64,000 nucleotides of DNA from Candidatus Heimdallarchaeota archaeon (GCA_018238545.1 JABCTC010000003.1:58876-122875), one strand, 5' to 3'; positions 7,958 to 18,008 are shown, numbered from the stretch's first letter. The notes: generated from the sequence alone by a model not told the origin. Made by a program: numbers and translations.

Positions 7958-9673
7958 TCAACCATGAATATAATTCATTTTTATTTTTTCGTTAATTTGA
8001 TTAACTTTTGCATATCCGAAACGCTCAAGTTGAATTATTTCTCCAACTTCGAGCTTTTTAAGGTTTATCTCACCATAGCCTTGTATTTTCTTCAAGCTAT
8101 TCTTATCTATTCGATTATTTAAATATAACATTTCGGGCTTAATGATTTCGACAGGAATATATTCAGAAACCCATTGAATTCGTGGAGCGTCTGATAATAA
8201 TGCATGTCCATGAAACTCTGCTAGATATTCATTCTGAGATACTTCTTCTGCGATTTTAATGTTATACAAATCTTTCAAACGAAGTATCTTACCCTTCTTT
8301 AACAATCCTCTATCATCTCCACTTAAGTAAACAATATCTTTGACATTAACCTTCCTTTTTCCCAAAGAATCTTTCTTTGGGTGATAGGACATTTCTACTT
8401 CTTGGGCATCAACATTTGCTATTTTAACCTTAATTGGATCTTGAACAAAGAATAAGTGTTTTGAAGTTGGTTCAACGAAATTTCTGTTAATTGAGAATAT
8501 TAAAGACCAGTCTATACTTGTAGCTGATTTAGTTGCTCCTATTCTTTTAATAATCTCTAGAAAAACTTCGGGTTGGATTCCTCGTTTCTTTAACGCTTGA
8601 TAGGTTACTAATCTATAATCATCCCAGCCAGTTACAATTCCCTTCTCAACTAATTCTCTTATTATTCTGCCTTGAGTAGGCGCACCGATGATTTTAAACC
8701 TTCTATATTCTGTAAAATTTGGTGGAATGATTTCTAATTTTTTCGAAATTAAACTTTGAAGTTCTTCTCTCATTTTACCAAATTCACTACTACGTAAAAT
8801 ATGCGTTACTCCAGTGATATTTTCCATAATTGGTGATTCAAAGTCATACATAGGCCAAACTCTATATTTATTCCCATGTATTGCATGCGGTACCGTTGAT
8901 ATTCTTAGCAGAACTGGATCTCGAAGAACATGATTCTTTGATTCCATATCTCCTCGCAATCTAACTATAGCTTCTCCTTCTGCATACTCTCCCTTTAGCA
9001 TTTTATTGAAAAGATCTAAATTGATTTCATCAGTATTTTCAGTGTTGCAGGAACACTTCTTACCTTGTTCTCTATATCTTGACATTAATTCTCGGGAACA
9101 TCTGCAAACATAAGCATCATTATTTTTTAGTAATTCCTCAGCTTTAGTGTAGTAAAGTTCCATGTAATCAGAAGCGCGAACCTCTTCATCAATCTTTAAA
9201 CCCATCCAAAGAATAGCTTCTCTAAAACTATCATAGAATTCTTTTCCCACTTTCCCTGGGTTAGTATCATCAAACCTCAGAATGCGCTTCCCTCCAAATC
9301 TCTCAGCAATAAGGTGATTTATGCAGAAAGATAGCATTTGTCCTATGTGAGGGTGTTTGGAAGGTTCAGGAGGATATCTAACTACAACTTTTCCTTGCTG
9401 TACATTTGTAAGCGGTGGGAGAAAATCTCTCTCCTTTTTCTCTTCGATTATTTCTTTAGGATACTTTTCTTTTGCTATTCTCTCGATTTCTTCTCGAGGG
9501 AGAGCATTAATCTTCTTTATCATTGGATCTAACATAGCTTTTACTTCTTTAGCCTGTTTTCTTAATTCAGGGTAATAAGACATGATTTTTTGAAAAACTA
9601 TTTTAGATTCTGCGGTACCGTATTTGTATGCATTGATCAAAGTTTCTTTGTAAATAATATCCTTAGCATTCAT
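7958..9673 (-). CDS. gltX: Glutamyl-tRNA synthetase (archaeal/eukaryotic type)
   Basis: VVVRYPPEPSKHPHIGQ, LRFDDTNP, WPMYDF, THILRSSEF, GWDD, IQLERFGY. Confidence 0.95.
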   Translation of the reverse strand: MNAKDIIYKETLINAYKYGTAESKIVFQKIMSYYPELRKQAKEVKAMLDPMIKKINALPREEIERIAKEKYPKEIIEEKKERDFLPPLTNVQQGKVVVRYPPEPSKHPHIGQMLSFCINHLIAERFGGKRILRFDDTNPGKVGKEFYDSFREAILWMGLKIDEEVRASDYMELYYTKAEELLKNNDAYVCRCSRELMSRYREQGKKCSCNTENTDEINLDLFNKMLKGEYAEGEAIVRLRGDMESKNHVLRDPVLLRISTVPHAIHGNKYRVWPMYDFESPIMENITGVTHILRSSEFGKMREELQSLISKKLEIIPPNFTEYRRFKIIGAPTQGRIIRELVEKGIVTGWDDYRLVTYQALKKRGIQPEVFLEIIKRIGATKSATSIDWSLIFSINRNFVEPTSKHLFFVQDPIKVKIANVDAQEVEMSYHPKKDSLGKRKVNVKDIVYLSGDDRGLLKKGKILRLKDLYNIKIAEEVSQNEYLAEFHGHALLSDAPRIQWVSEYIPVEIIKPEMLYLNNRIDKNSLKKIQGYGEINLKKLEVGEIIQLERFGYAKVNQINEKIKMNYIHG

Positions 9674-9786
9674 TGGTATGTAAATCGTAGGTTATTTCAA
9701 GTTTAAATATTTGATTATCGTGAATAACTTTGAGTATTAAATAGCATGCTACTTTAAACTCAAGTTGAAAACTAAATTTACAGATT

Positions 9787-10134
9787 CTAAGAAATCAAAC
9801 CTGTAGGATAGATAGCTAATTGTTCTTTTTCTAGAATCTTTTCATTTTCTCTTAGTATATTTAATTGACTGACGATTTTTCTACTGATTCTAATTTGATG
9901 TTTATCTATTTGTATTTTAGAACAAAGTAATCCAAGATTGCATGATCCTTTACCAAAATAATCTTCTTTTTTAGTATCATAGTAAAGAGACCCCCCTTTA
10001 CTGGGACAATTACAAATCTCCAAAAATATAGGGGAGTTGTTGTAACCATGGTGTGTCTTAATTTTAGCAATAGCTTTTTCCAACTTGAAACTAAGAAATG
10101 TGTCCTTGGTACTCATATTATTCAGTATACACAA
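9787..10134 (-). CDS. Hypothetical Cys-containing protein
   Basis: 115-aa ORF filling the gap, with CNC and C...C; no recognised family. Confidence 0.45.
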   Translation of the reverse strand: MCILNNMSTKDTFLSFKLEKAIAKIKTHHGYNNSPIFLEICNCPSKGGSLYYDTKKEDYFGKGSCNLGLLCSKIQIDKHQIRISRKIVSQLNILRENEKILEKEQLAIYPTGLIS

Positions 10135-10275
10135 TTATTTGTACAATATGTCCTTTTGTAATATCCAGAAATTATACTTGTCATGTCCCAGATAAATTTG
10201 AGATATCATCTAGGTAAAACTTCACTCATTCTATTTTCATGGGTAAACTATTAAAATCCATTCGAACATAAGCAT

Positions 10276-10998
10276 TTGAGGGTACCTAAATTGTGGTTTG
10301 CAAAAATATCTGGTGTTACAAATTTCGATGCTGCTCTATCTATCGATGTATCTTCGGAATTTGCAATTGGCGTTATAGTCGATGATATATCTGATGTTAG
10401 GTCAATTAGCAAGTTTGATGCAAGACGAATATTTGCGAATATAGAACACTGTGTGAAGATTGCTCAAGTTGCGCCTAGCTCTCTTGACGAAATATTTGAT
10501 ATGTTTGAAACATGCCAACCAAACATGATTCAAATAAATGGAGATTTTTTCAACGACATGAATAACCTAATTTCTTTACAATCTATTGCAACAGTCCCGA
10601 TTATTGGTTCCATCTTTCTCGATAAAGAAACTTTAGAATCTAACATTATCAATCCTTCACCTCTATCAGCTGCCCAAGAAATAGCACCTTTTGTTTCAGT
10701 AGTTAACATCAATCTCCCACTAGGTTCGTCGTGGAGTTCACAGAAGAAAAAAGCAGAAGTAGTTGATTTAGTAACCAGTATCAAAAACTCGATTGACAAA
10801 CCATTGATTATAGGTGGGGGATTAAATTCATCAAATGTAGGGAAGATTATCTCTGAATTAACGCCCAATGCAATCGATATTTCATCTGGGGTTGAAAAAG
10901 TGTCAGGCATAAAAGATCCTGCACTAATGCAAGATTTCCTTGATACCGTCTTTGATTACAAGACATTTCTCTTAGGTGTATGGGCACCACAAAAATAG
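10276..10998 (+). CDS. trpF: Phosphoribosylanthranilate isomerase (TrpF)-like TIM barrel with catalytic residues altered
   Basis: AKISGVT, IQING, LIIGGGLNSSNV, IDISSGVE, GIKDP motifs. Confidence 0.75.
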   Translation: MRVPKLWFAKISGVTNFDAALSIDVSSEFAIGVIVDDISDVRSISKFDARRIFANIEHCVKIAQVAPSSLDEIFDMFETCQPNMIQINGDFFNDMNNLISLQSIATVPIIGSIFLDKETLESNIINPSPLSAAQEIAPFVSVVNINLPLGSSWSSQKKKAEVVDLVTSIKNSIDKPLIIGGGLNSSNVGKIISELTPNAIDISSGVEKVSGIKDPALMQDFLDTVFDYKTFLLGVWAPQK

Positions 10999-11006
10999 GC
11001 ATTATT

Positions 11007-11762
11007 TCAGAATAAAGATTTGAAGAATTTCCAGATAACTTTTTTGTTAATTTTTGATTCACCAAAATCCCTTGTACCAAATACGTAATTAACATGACTT
11101 ATCTTTAGTTTGTTTTTGTGTATTTTCAAAAAATCAAAAAGAACCTTATAACCTTCCAGAATGAAGTCTTTTCCATGATTGGATATAGTTTGTTTCCAGA
11201 TATTAGTTTCTGAAGCAAATAAGCCAGACATTATGTCTTTTACTCTGTTTCTTCTTCTAATCATTAATGAAAAACTTCCTAAGTATCTAGCAACATATGA
11301 CATGAGTTTCCGTTGAATTGGCCACTTCCCAATCACTTTCACTCTATTCCCCGCAACTAGATTATACCCTTCTTCTAACTTCACATAAAATTGTGGCAGT
11401 GATTCTGCAGGATGTTGCAAATCGCCGTCCATTACAAGAAAATATCTGGTTTTACATTCTTCTATTGCATCTAGGACACTTATAGTTAATCCATGTATTG
11501 GTTCATTTTTCCTATCAAGAAATTTCACACTTAAATCTCCTTCAAACCCATCTACCAATCTCTTTGTATTATCCTTTGATCCATCGTCAGATACTATTAC
11601 ATTAGCATGGGGTGTGATTCCTTCTATCTTTTCTAAGAGCATTGAGATAGTTTTCTCTTCGTTTAAGGTTGGGATTATCACTGTTAAATTTGTATAACTT
11701 TCATTTGACGGTTTCATTATCTCTGATGGTCTCTCGAAAATGCCTTTAAAAATCTTAAGCAA
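11007..11762 (-). CDS. GT2 glycosyltransferase, dolichol-phosphate mannosyltransferase-like
   Basis: VIIPTLNE, DDGSKDNT, MDGDLQHP, DIMSG, RDFGESK. Confidence 0.88.
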   Translation of the reverse strand: MLKIFKGIFERPSEIMKPSNESYTNLTVIIPTLNEEKTISMLLEKIEGITPHANVIVSDDGSKDNTKRLVDGFEGDLSVKFLDRKNEPIHGLTISVLDAIEECKTRYFLVMDGDLQHPAESLPQFYVKLEEGYNLVAGNRVKVIGKWPIQRKLMSYVARYLGSFSLMIRRRNRVKDIMSGLFASETNIWKQTISNHGKDFILEGYKVLFDFLKIHKNKLKISHVNYVFGTRDFGESKINKKVIWKFFKSLF

Positions 11763-11852
11763 ACTCTTTGAAAAAAATGTTTGTTCCTGTTTTTACTAAA
11801 ATTCAATGAAACTAAGAAAATACTCAAATACACCTCAAAGTTATTTATTCTA

Positions 11853-12386
11853 ATGAGCTTATCGCCTAACGTAACTTACATAATAAAAATCATCAATGCT
11901 GGGGATTATGCAGTAGGCAAAACTAGCTTAGCAGTACGTTATACTCAGAATCGTTTCTCTTCATCTTACCTTCCAACACTTGGTGTTGATTTCTATAGTA
12001 AGAACATTCAATATGATGAAGATACTATCCTCCGAATAGTTCTTTTTGATACAGTTGGTCAAGATAAATTGGCCACTTTAAGAAAACGATATTATACTGG
12101 TGCTCATGGTGCAGTTATTGTTTATGATATAACAAGAAAAGAATCATTTGACCATATAAATAACTGGATTAATGAAGTTGAAGAAAAATGCCCAGAAATT
12201 CCCATTATCATCGTTGGCAATAAAACTGATTTAAAGGAAAAACGTGCAGTAAAGGCTGAAGAAGCTGTTGACAAATGGGTAGAAAAAGGTTACATGGTTC
12301 TTGAATCTTCAGCTAAATTTGGTGAAGGTGTCGACGATATCTATACTATCATTGCCAAAAAAGTTATGGAAAAGATGGGCTATTAA
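11853..12386 (+). CDS. Rab-like small GTPase (eukaryotic signature protein)
   Basis: G1 GDYAVGKTS, G2 YLPTLGVDF, G3 DTVGQ, G4 NKTD, G5 ESSAK; no C-terminal prenylation Cys; ATG 11853 preferred over track start 11781. Confidence 0.93.
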   Translation: MSLSPNVTYIIKIINAGDYAVGKTSLAVRYTQNRFSSSYLPTLGVDFYSKNIQYDEDTILRIVLFDTVGQDKLATLRKRYYTGAHGAVIVYDITRKESFDHINNWINEVEEKCPEIPIIIVGNKTDLKEKRAVKAEEAVDKWVEKGYMVLESSAKFGEGVDDIYTIIAKKVMEKMGY

Positions 12387-13123
12387 GTAGCTCTCCACAA
12401 TTCAATTGCTATTATCTTACCATTTTCTAAGAATAATCTTGGAATATAATCATCTGCTACAAATGAACCATCTTGTAATGAAACTTTGGATTCAGTACCA
12501 GGTTTTTCAAGATTTTCTGGAGCAATGTAAAGCGAATCATCTATAATAATGTAATCTCTAATGCTCTTATCTATTGGTGGTAGTATTTCTAATTGTTTTA
12601 TGACGTGTTCTACATCTATGACCTTTGTATCAATAGTAGAACTATATCTACGTTCAGTTTTAGCGATTACTGCTTTCTTAGTTTCAGTTTTTGGTTTTGG
12701 TTTAGCCTTTGGTTTAGCCTTTGGTTTAGCCTTTGGTTTAGCCTTTGGTTTAGTTTCAGTTTTAACTGTTGGCTTTGGAGTAGATCTTTTAATTACTGCA
12801 GCTTTGACTGCCCCAGATTTTGGTTTTGGAGCAGATTGACTTGTAGCTTGAAAGTTGCACGCTTCATCTACTGCTTGAAAAAATTCGTCGGTTGAATATG
12901 ATTCTTCTAAGTTAACAATTTTGTAACCAAGTTCCATCCGAACTCTTGCTGTTTCCCTTGCACAAGCAAATTTTGAATGTGGAGATGCTTGTTCTCCTAT
13001 CCAAGTGTAAATTTTCTTCTGTAAGTGAGAAATCACTAACAAGACGTTTTCGGATTTTATTGCTACTTCCCTATTAGAACATTCAGCTAACTCACCTGAA
13101 GATTGTATAATGTAAAGACTCAT
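12383..13123 (-). CDS. Single gelsolin-domain protein with Lys/Pro linker and C-terminal extra domain (1DGelX-like architecture)
   Basis: N-terminal VLLVISHLQKKIYTWIGEQASPHSKFACAR matches the gelsolin-repeat pattern; KPKA repeats; compact C-terminal beta-rich domain. Confidence 0.7.
   Translation of the reverse strand: MSLYIIQSSGELAECSNREVAIKSENVLLVISHLQKKIYTWIGEQASPHSKFACARETARVRMELGYKIVNLEESYSTDEFFQAVDEACNFQATSQSAPKPKSGAVKAAVIKRSTPKPTVKTETKPKAKPKAKPKAKPKAKPKPKTETKKAVIAKTERRYSSTIDTKVIDVEHVIKQLEILPPIDKSIRDYIIIDDSLYIAPENLEKPGTESKVSLQDGSFVADDYIPRLFLENGKIIAIELWRAT
12696..12753. repeat. 12-bp tandem repeat (TTTGGTTTAGCC) x4.8 encoding (KPKA)n
   Basis: Four perfect units at 12696-12743 plus a partial unit; flanked by direct repeat TTAGTTTCAGTTTT (12678 and 12750). 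Confidence 0.95.
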
Positions 13124-13418
13124 ACAAGAAGGTTACCCATACTTCATTTTTATACTTGGTGATAGCTTCAAGAGATTTTCTAAATTTGTTCAATAACTGG
13201 TATTCTATCTGGGTTCCTTTCCGCAAAAAAATTAATGTTTTTTCCTTCTATAACAAGAGAATTATAATCATCAGATATAGAATGCATAATTTGATGTGAT
13301 ATAAAAAGAACTTTCTTATATTAGTTCACAAAAGTTTTTACGAGCAAATGTTAAATACTCATTCTACAATATAGTTTTGTAGGATATAGTCTTAATATTT
13401 ACAGCAGAGGATAATATT

Positions 13419-14282
13419 ATGAGTTCAAAAGTTATTGAATCAATTGCTTATTCATATATTGGTAGATTAGTTGAACCTTATTTAGCTGAATTTGACGGTC
13501 TCAAAATGACTTTAAGAAAAGCTGGAATAGATAAAAGCGTAAGAATGTACCTAAGTGTAAGAATCTTTTGGGCAATAATTTTAGCTGTAGTTTCATTGAT
13601 ATTTCTGATTGCTATTTATATTATAGTTCCAGAATTTTCGATAATTTTAGTGATAATATTACCTATACTAGTTCTTACGAGTATGTTTGTATATAGTTGG
13701 GTTTACCCTAGTTATCTTGTAGGAGAAAGAAAACGAAAGTTGGAAGCGGCTTTACCGACTGCAGCAAGTTACATGACTGCAATGGCCTCAGCTGGGGTTA
13801 CACCAGATAGGATTTTTCTTTCTTTGACAAAAGAAAAAATTGGTGAAGCTATTGTTAAGGATGCAAAGAAAATTTCTAGAGATATTCAAGTTTTTGGTTA
13901 TGATATTGTTCTTGCTTTAAGTCAAGCATCTCTTAGATCTCCATCACCCAAATATTCAAGCTTCCTTGAAGGAATTGTTGGAACTTTTACTTCAGGAGGA
14001 GAACTTCAAAGATTTCTTGAAGTATCCACTGAAACTCTAATGAATGATAAAGTTCAAAGTGAAAAGAATTTCATTGAAGTCCTAGGAATCATGGCCGAAC
14101 TATTCATGGTTCTAGGTGTAGTCTCTCCAATCTTCTTTATAGTTATTTTAGCTATGATGTCAATGCTTGGAGGATCATCTGGAAATTCTACAACAATGAT
14201 GGCAGTTTTAGTTTATATAATTATTCCAGTTTCAGAAATGGCGATTATTGTGCTCATAGATGCACAACAACCAGAAATGTAG
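13419..14282 (+). CDS. Type IV pilus membrane platform protein (T2SS F / TadC / ArlJ family)
   Basis: LRKAGI, LEAALPTAASYMTAMASAG, SPSPKYSSFLEG, SGGEL; TM segments. Confidence 0.9.
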   Translation: MSSKVIESIAYSYIGRLVEPYLAEFDGLKMTLRKAGIDKSVRMYLSVRIFWAIILAVVSLIFLIAIYIIVPEFSIILVIILPILVLTSMFVYSWVYPSYLVGERKRKLEAALPTAASYMTAMASAGVTPDRIFLSLTKEKIGEAIVKDAKKISRDIQVFGYDIVLALSQASLRSPSPKYSSFLEGIVGTFTSGGELQRFLEVSTETLMNDKVQSEKNFIEVLGIMAELFMVLGVVSPIFFIVILAMMSMLGGSSGNSTTMMAVLVYIIIPVSEMAIIVLIDAQQPEM

Positions 14283-15221
14283 GTGAATGAAATGTCAGTA
14301 GGTGAAGAAGTAGAAGTAGAAACAAAACAGTTTCAAATTACACAAGATATAATTTATTGGGCGATAGCTATCGCTTCTGGATTAATTTTAGTTACACTCG
14401 GTATAGTAGATGTTATTGCCACAAGTCAAGGTAGTGACTTTATAACGATTTTAGACATTAATGATTTCGTCATCTTAGCAATAATCGTTGTCATAGGTAT
14501 CCCCACATTTCTAATTGTTCTAAGAGAAGAAAGAAGACAATCAAGAATTGACGAAAATTTACCTTATCTTCTTCGAGAGATTAGTAATGCACAACGAACA
14601 GGTATGAGTTTACCTAGAGCAATTCAAGAATCTGCTAAAAGGCATTATGGACCATTGACTCCTGAGCTGAGAAAAATGTCAAGCAAAATTACTTGGGGAA
14701 TTCCATTTAGCAAAGCAATGACTGACTTTCAAACTGCTGTAAATACTCCTTTGGCCCAAAGAGCAACTGTACTTATACTTGAAGCAGAGAGGTCTGGAGG
14801 AAATCTCGAAGATATTTTTGAAGCAACTGAGAACCATATTCAAACTCTTCTTAATCTTAAGAAAGAAAGAGAAGGGGCAATGAAACCTTATGTTATGATA
14901 GTCTACGCTTCCTACATAATTTTCATCATGGTTGTCGTTATCTTATTTGTAACATTCTTTATTCCATTCGGTTCAGCAAATATCTCGCCAGATCAAACAG
15001 CTGGGATGTTTTTACTGGAAATAGATTTAGATACGTTGGAGATATTATTTTTACACATGCTTGCTGTTCAAGGCTTTTTCTCGGGTCTTGTAGCAGGAAA
15101 GATGTCTAAAATGTCTGTTAAGGCTGGCTTTATGCACTCAGTTGTGATGATGTTTATTGGTTGGTTTGCATTCAAAATACTTATTCAACCTGACAATCCA
15201 TTGATTTCTATAAATGTATAA
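14283..15221 (+). CDS. Second type IV pilus membrane platform protein (T2SS F family)
   Basis: IDENLPYLLREI, GMSLPRAI, YGPLTPEL, EAERSGGNLEDI, QGFFSGLVAGKM; probable true start ATG 14292 after AGGTGA. Confidence 0.9.
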   Translation: MNEMSVGEEVEVETKQFQITQDIIYWAIAIASGLILVTLGIVDVIATSQGSDFITILDINDFVILAIIVVIGIPTFLIVLREERRQSRIDENLPYLLREISNAQRTGMSLPRAIQESAKRHYGPLTPELRKMSSKITWGIPFSKAMTDFQTAVNTPLAQRATVLILEAERSGGNLEDIFEATENHIQTLLNLKKEREGAMKPYVMIVYASYIIFIMVVVILFVTFFIPFGSANISPDQTAGMFLLEIDLDTLEILFLHMLAVQGFFSGLVAGKMSKMSVKAGFMHSVVMMFIGWFAFKILIQPDNPLISINV

Positions 15222-15239
15222 TAAAACGGTGAAACTAAA

Positions 15240-15668
15240 ATGCCTAAATTAGAAGATGATGTCAAATCTCTAAAAGATGAGATTGAGGAAGTTAAACGAG
15301 TTGTAAATCAAATCAGTTTTAATATTGTAAGAATGATGGGTAACCTAGACAAAGCAGGGGGAACGAGCTCTTCAGGTGATTCTGAAGGATCTATTGGTTC
15401 TGTTTCGGTTGATTTGGGTCCTTTAGAGGATAAGATTGATAGAATAGAATCAATGATGAGCACTAAATCAGATTTAGCTGAACTAAGAGAACAAGTTGAA
15501 AACGTTGCATCTGAAAAGATAAAAAATGCAGAGAGTATGCAAGAAAGAGCTACTAATCTACTTGAAAAAGGCATGGAACTAGTTGAACTAGAAGCCACTT
15601 TAGCAGAGATTAAATCACTACTAGAAGAACGCATATTGGGCGATGATTCAGAAGAAAAAGGAGAATAA
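15240..15668 (+). CDS. Coiled-coil protein in the pilus operon
   Basis: Acidic heptad-rich 142-aa ORF preceded by GGTGA; co-oriented with platform and pilin genes. Confidence 0.65.
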   Translation: MPKLEDDVKSLKDEIEEVKRVVNQISFNIVRMMGNLDKAGGTSSSGDSEGSIGSVSVDLGPLEDKIDRIESMMSTKSDLAELREQVENVASEKIKNAESMQERATNLLEKGMELVELEATLAEIKSLLEERILGDDSEEKGE

Positions 15669-15671
15669 AAA

Positions 15672-16829
15672 TTGATAAAATCTAATAAGAAGCATATGCT
15701 GAAGAGACTCAGAAAGAGCAAGATTGCACAAATTAGAGGTGTTGACTTTGCTTTAGCTATGCTGATTTTTATTCTGGCGTTTAGTCAAATTGTATTGGTT
15801 CTAACAAATTTACTGATTCCTTCACTTGTTCAGATAGAAACTTATTCACAGGAACAAGATTTGAATAAGGTACATCACAATATATTTCTTACAGAGGGCA
15901 CCCCCTCTAACTGGGGACAGATAGGAACAGCTTCAATGTCTGATTTCCGATTAGGTTTGTTGAATAACCAAAATTCTCTTGATTTCACAAAAATCAATAG
16001 ATTAGTTTCTAGCATAACTAGTTATTGGAGTATTAATTATATCAATGTCAAAATGTCTTATGGGTTAATTGCTGATTTTGCTATTGAAATTAGCTCATCA
16101 ATTCGAGTATCGATTGATGAATATACATCTGCATTTGGCAACATAAATCTTTATGGCTCCGTTAAGGAATTCCAAACTAATATTGAAGATGCAAAAATTT
16201 GGGCATTTGTTATTGATGCCAATGGCAATGTTGCAATAAATTCTACTACAACACAAGATATCTCTGATTCTATTATCTTTCACTCTTCATTCTCAACAAC
16301 AATAAGCGATTATTATACAATAGTGGTTTTTGCAGAGGTTGGAGAACTTTATCAAGATTATACTGTAATGAGAATATACAAAGGAGGGGGACTAGAGTAT
16401 TCAGAAATTGCAATGGATTATACTCCTTTTGTAAGAGAGAATACTGATGTAGATTATAGTGCAGTTGATGTAAGTGTTACTAGAGCTCCTTTGAGTGATG
16501 AGGCTCAAGCTATAGTTGTTTTTCCATTTGAAGATCCTAGTGTTTCTTACTTTAAACAGAATCTTCAACAAATCGGGAGTGTTGAAGGAGAAATTTATTT
16601 TGGTGAGCAAGTAGCTATGCCAGCTGATGGTTTAGCAGTGGTTGTTGTACATGAGCGAGAAAACATAGAATATAGAGCAGGATATCTCGGTGTTCCTATG
16701 TTCTTGAGACAATCTGATGGGGGAATTTACGGTCCCTATTCCGAACTTAATCAACAAACCTACATCTCTGAAACTTATACAATGAATATGAGAGGTCTAC
16801 TGGTTAAATGCCGAATTTGGTATTGGTGA
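15672..16829 (+). CDS. Large pilin-like protein with class III signal peptide
   Basis: Basic leader then KIAQ-IRGVDFALAMLIFIL hydrophobic helix; GTPSNW...GL motif of archaeal minor pilins. Confidence 0.75.
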   Translation: MIKSNKKHMLKRLRKSKIAQIRGVDFALAMLIFILAFSQIVLVLTNLLIPSLVQIETYSQEQDLNKVHHNIFLTEGTPSNWGQIGTASMSDFRLGLLNNQNSLDFTKINRLVSSITSYWSINYINVKMSYGLIADFAIEISSSIRVSIDEYTSAFGNINLYGSVKEFQTNIEDAKIWAFVIDANGNVAINSTTTQDISDSIIFHSSFSTTISDYYTIVVFAEVGELYQDYTVMRIYKGGGLEYSEIAMDYTPFVRENTDVDYSAVDVSVTRAPLSDEAQAIVVFPFEDPSVSYFKQNLQQIGSVEGEIYFGEQVAMPADGLAVVVVHERENIEYRAGYLGVPMFLRQSDGGIYGPYSELNQQTYISETYTMNMRGLLVKCRIWYW

Positions 16830-17302
16830 TGAATATGAAAAGAGGAATAATGAACAAAAAAGGTCAGCTGTTTATTATTGAAGCATTCATTGCAGTTTCT
16901 GTAATGATTATCATGGTAACTGCTCTATATGAAGTACAACTTGCGACACAACCTCCAATAGAAACAGGATACAATGTTGAGATATATGATATTCTGACAT
17001 CTCTAGACAATAATGGACAATTGGATGAATTTCTTATAGCTATTAATTCTGGAACATCTGAAGATATATCCTCAATAAAGAATTTAATTAATCAAGCTAT
17101 TTCTGGAGTTCTGCCTGACAATGGTGTATTCACTTTATATTGTGAAAATCTCGTTACGGGAGAAGTTATTACAAACAGTTGGATAAATGAAGGTTATTCC
17201 TATACAGGAAAAACTATGGGATTGGACTATCTTTTGCTGTCAAGAAATGGTGATTATGCTCCTCACCAAATTCATATTCAATACTGGTTAATAGGTGTTT
17301 AG
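16829..17302 (+). CDS. Pilin-like protein with class III signal peptide
   Basis: NKKG-QLFIIEAFIAVSVMII; ATG 16829 overlaps the upstream stop (track start 16808). Confidence 0.8.
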   Translation: MNMKRGIMNKKGQLFIIEAFIAVSVMIIMVTALYEVQLATQPPIETGYNVEIYDILTSLDNNGQLDEFLIAINSGTSEDISSIKNLINQAISGVLPDNGVFTLYCENLVTGEVITNSWINEGYSYTGKTMGLDYLLLSRNGDYAPHQIHIQYWLIGV

Positions 17303-17987
17303 AATGGGTAAGAACATATTCAAAATAAGAAAAAGAAAAGGGCAAGTCTTTCTTCTTTTAGCTATAACTATCTTGATTTACCTGGTACTCCTATCAACAA
17401 CGGTATATCGCATTACTCAAAGCCCATATATCTCTCCAGCACCAAATCAAGAACAAATCAATTTCTATGTAGAAAATTCTGTTTCTTCATTAGAGAAACT
17501 TGTTGATGTTGCAATCTCCCAATTCTCAAGAAGCTATACTGTTAGTAGCATTATTTCGATTATTACTGAAGGGATTGCTATGGTAGAATCCTTCCTAGAT
17601 GAACACAATCTACCGGCAACATTGATGTTCGACAATTCGACATTTACCTTATCAAACTCTAGCACTGCTACAAATCCAACGTATATTACTTGCTCCATGG
17701 AAGTATCTATTCATATTGATAGTCCAGATTTCTATTATGATGCAACGTTCGTTTTTGATACAACATATTATCTAGAAATATCAGAAACAACAGGAACTGA
17801 AAATTATATCTATACCTATAAGATTAGCAATGGTTATAGAACCATTATCAATGATGCAACAATTACTATAGAACCAACAACTCCCGTGAGTAACCTTCTA
17901 GATGGAAGATATGAAGCAGATTTACAGGTTGGGCAAATGATTTTCGCAACCATTCCAACTAATATTCTTCTATGGTTAGAAGTTTAA
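17295..17987 (+). CDS. Pilin-like protein with class III signal peptide
   Basis: RKRKG-QVFLLLAITILIYLVLL. Confidence 0.78.
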   Translation: MFRMGKNIFKIRKRKGQVFLLLAITILIYLVLLSTTVYRITQSPYISPAPNQEQINFYVENSVSSLEKLVDVAISQFSRSYTVSSIISIITEGIAMVESFLDEHNLPATLMFDNSTFTLSNSSTATNPTYITCSMEVSIHIDSPDFYYDATFVFDTTYYLEISETTGTENYIYTYKISNGYRTIINDATITIEPTTPVSNLLDGRYEADLQVGQMIFATIPTNILLWLEV

Positions 17988-18008
17988 AGAGAAATTAACT
18001 CTCTTTAC

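Noticed and set aside
12696-12753. Possible CRISPR array
   Set aside because: Contiguous 12-bp units without spacers, in frame within a CDS.
12561-12895. Plus-strand ORFs with FGLA and FSLW repeats
   Set aside because: Antisense shadows of the 12-bp repeat in the gelsolin-like gene.
13124-13418. Possible RNA gene or small ORF in the intergenic gap
   Set aside because: No cloverleaf or GC-rich stems; only a roughly 35-codon ORF without features.
14280-14294. In-frame TAG between the two pilus platform genes (and between pilin genes at 20873-20884), suggesting amber readthrough or pyrrolysine fusion
   Set aside because: The TAG overlaps Shine-Dalgarno-like motifs (TAGGTGA, TAGGAG) for the next ATG; the same arrangement at 40428-40441 is out of frame; in-frame spacing occurs one time in three by chance; no pyl genes are in the window.
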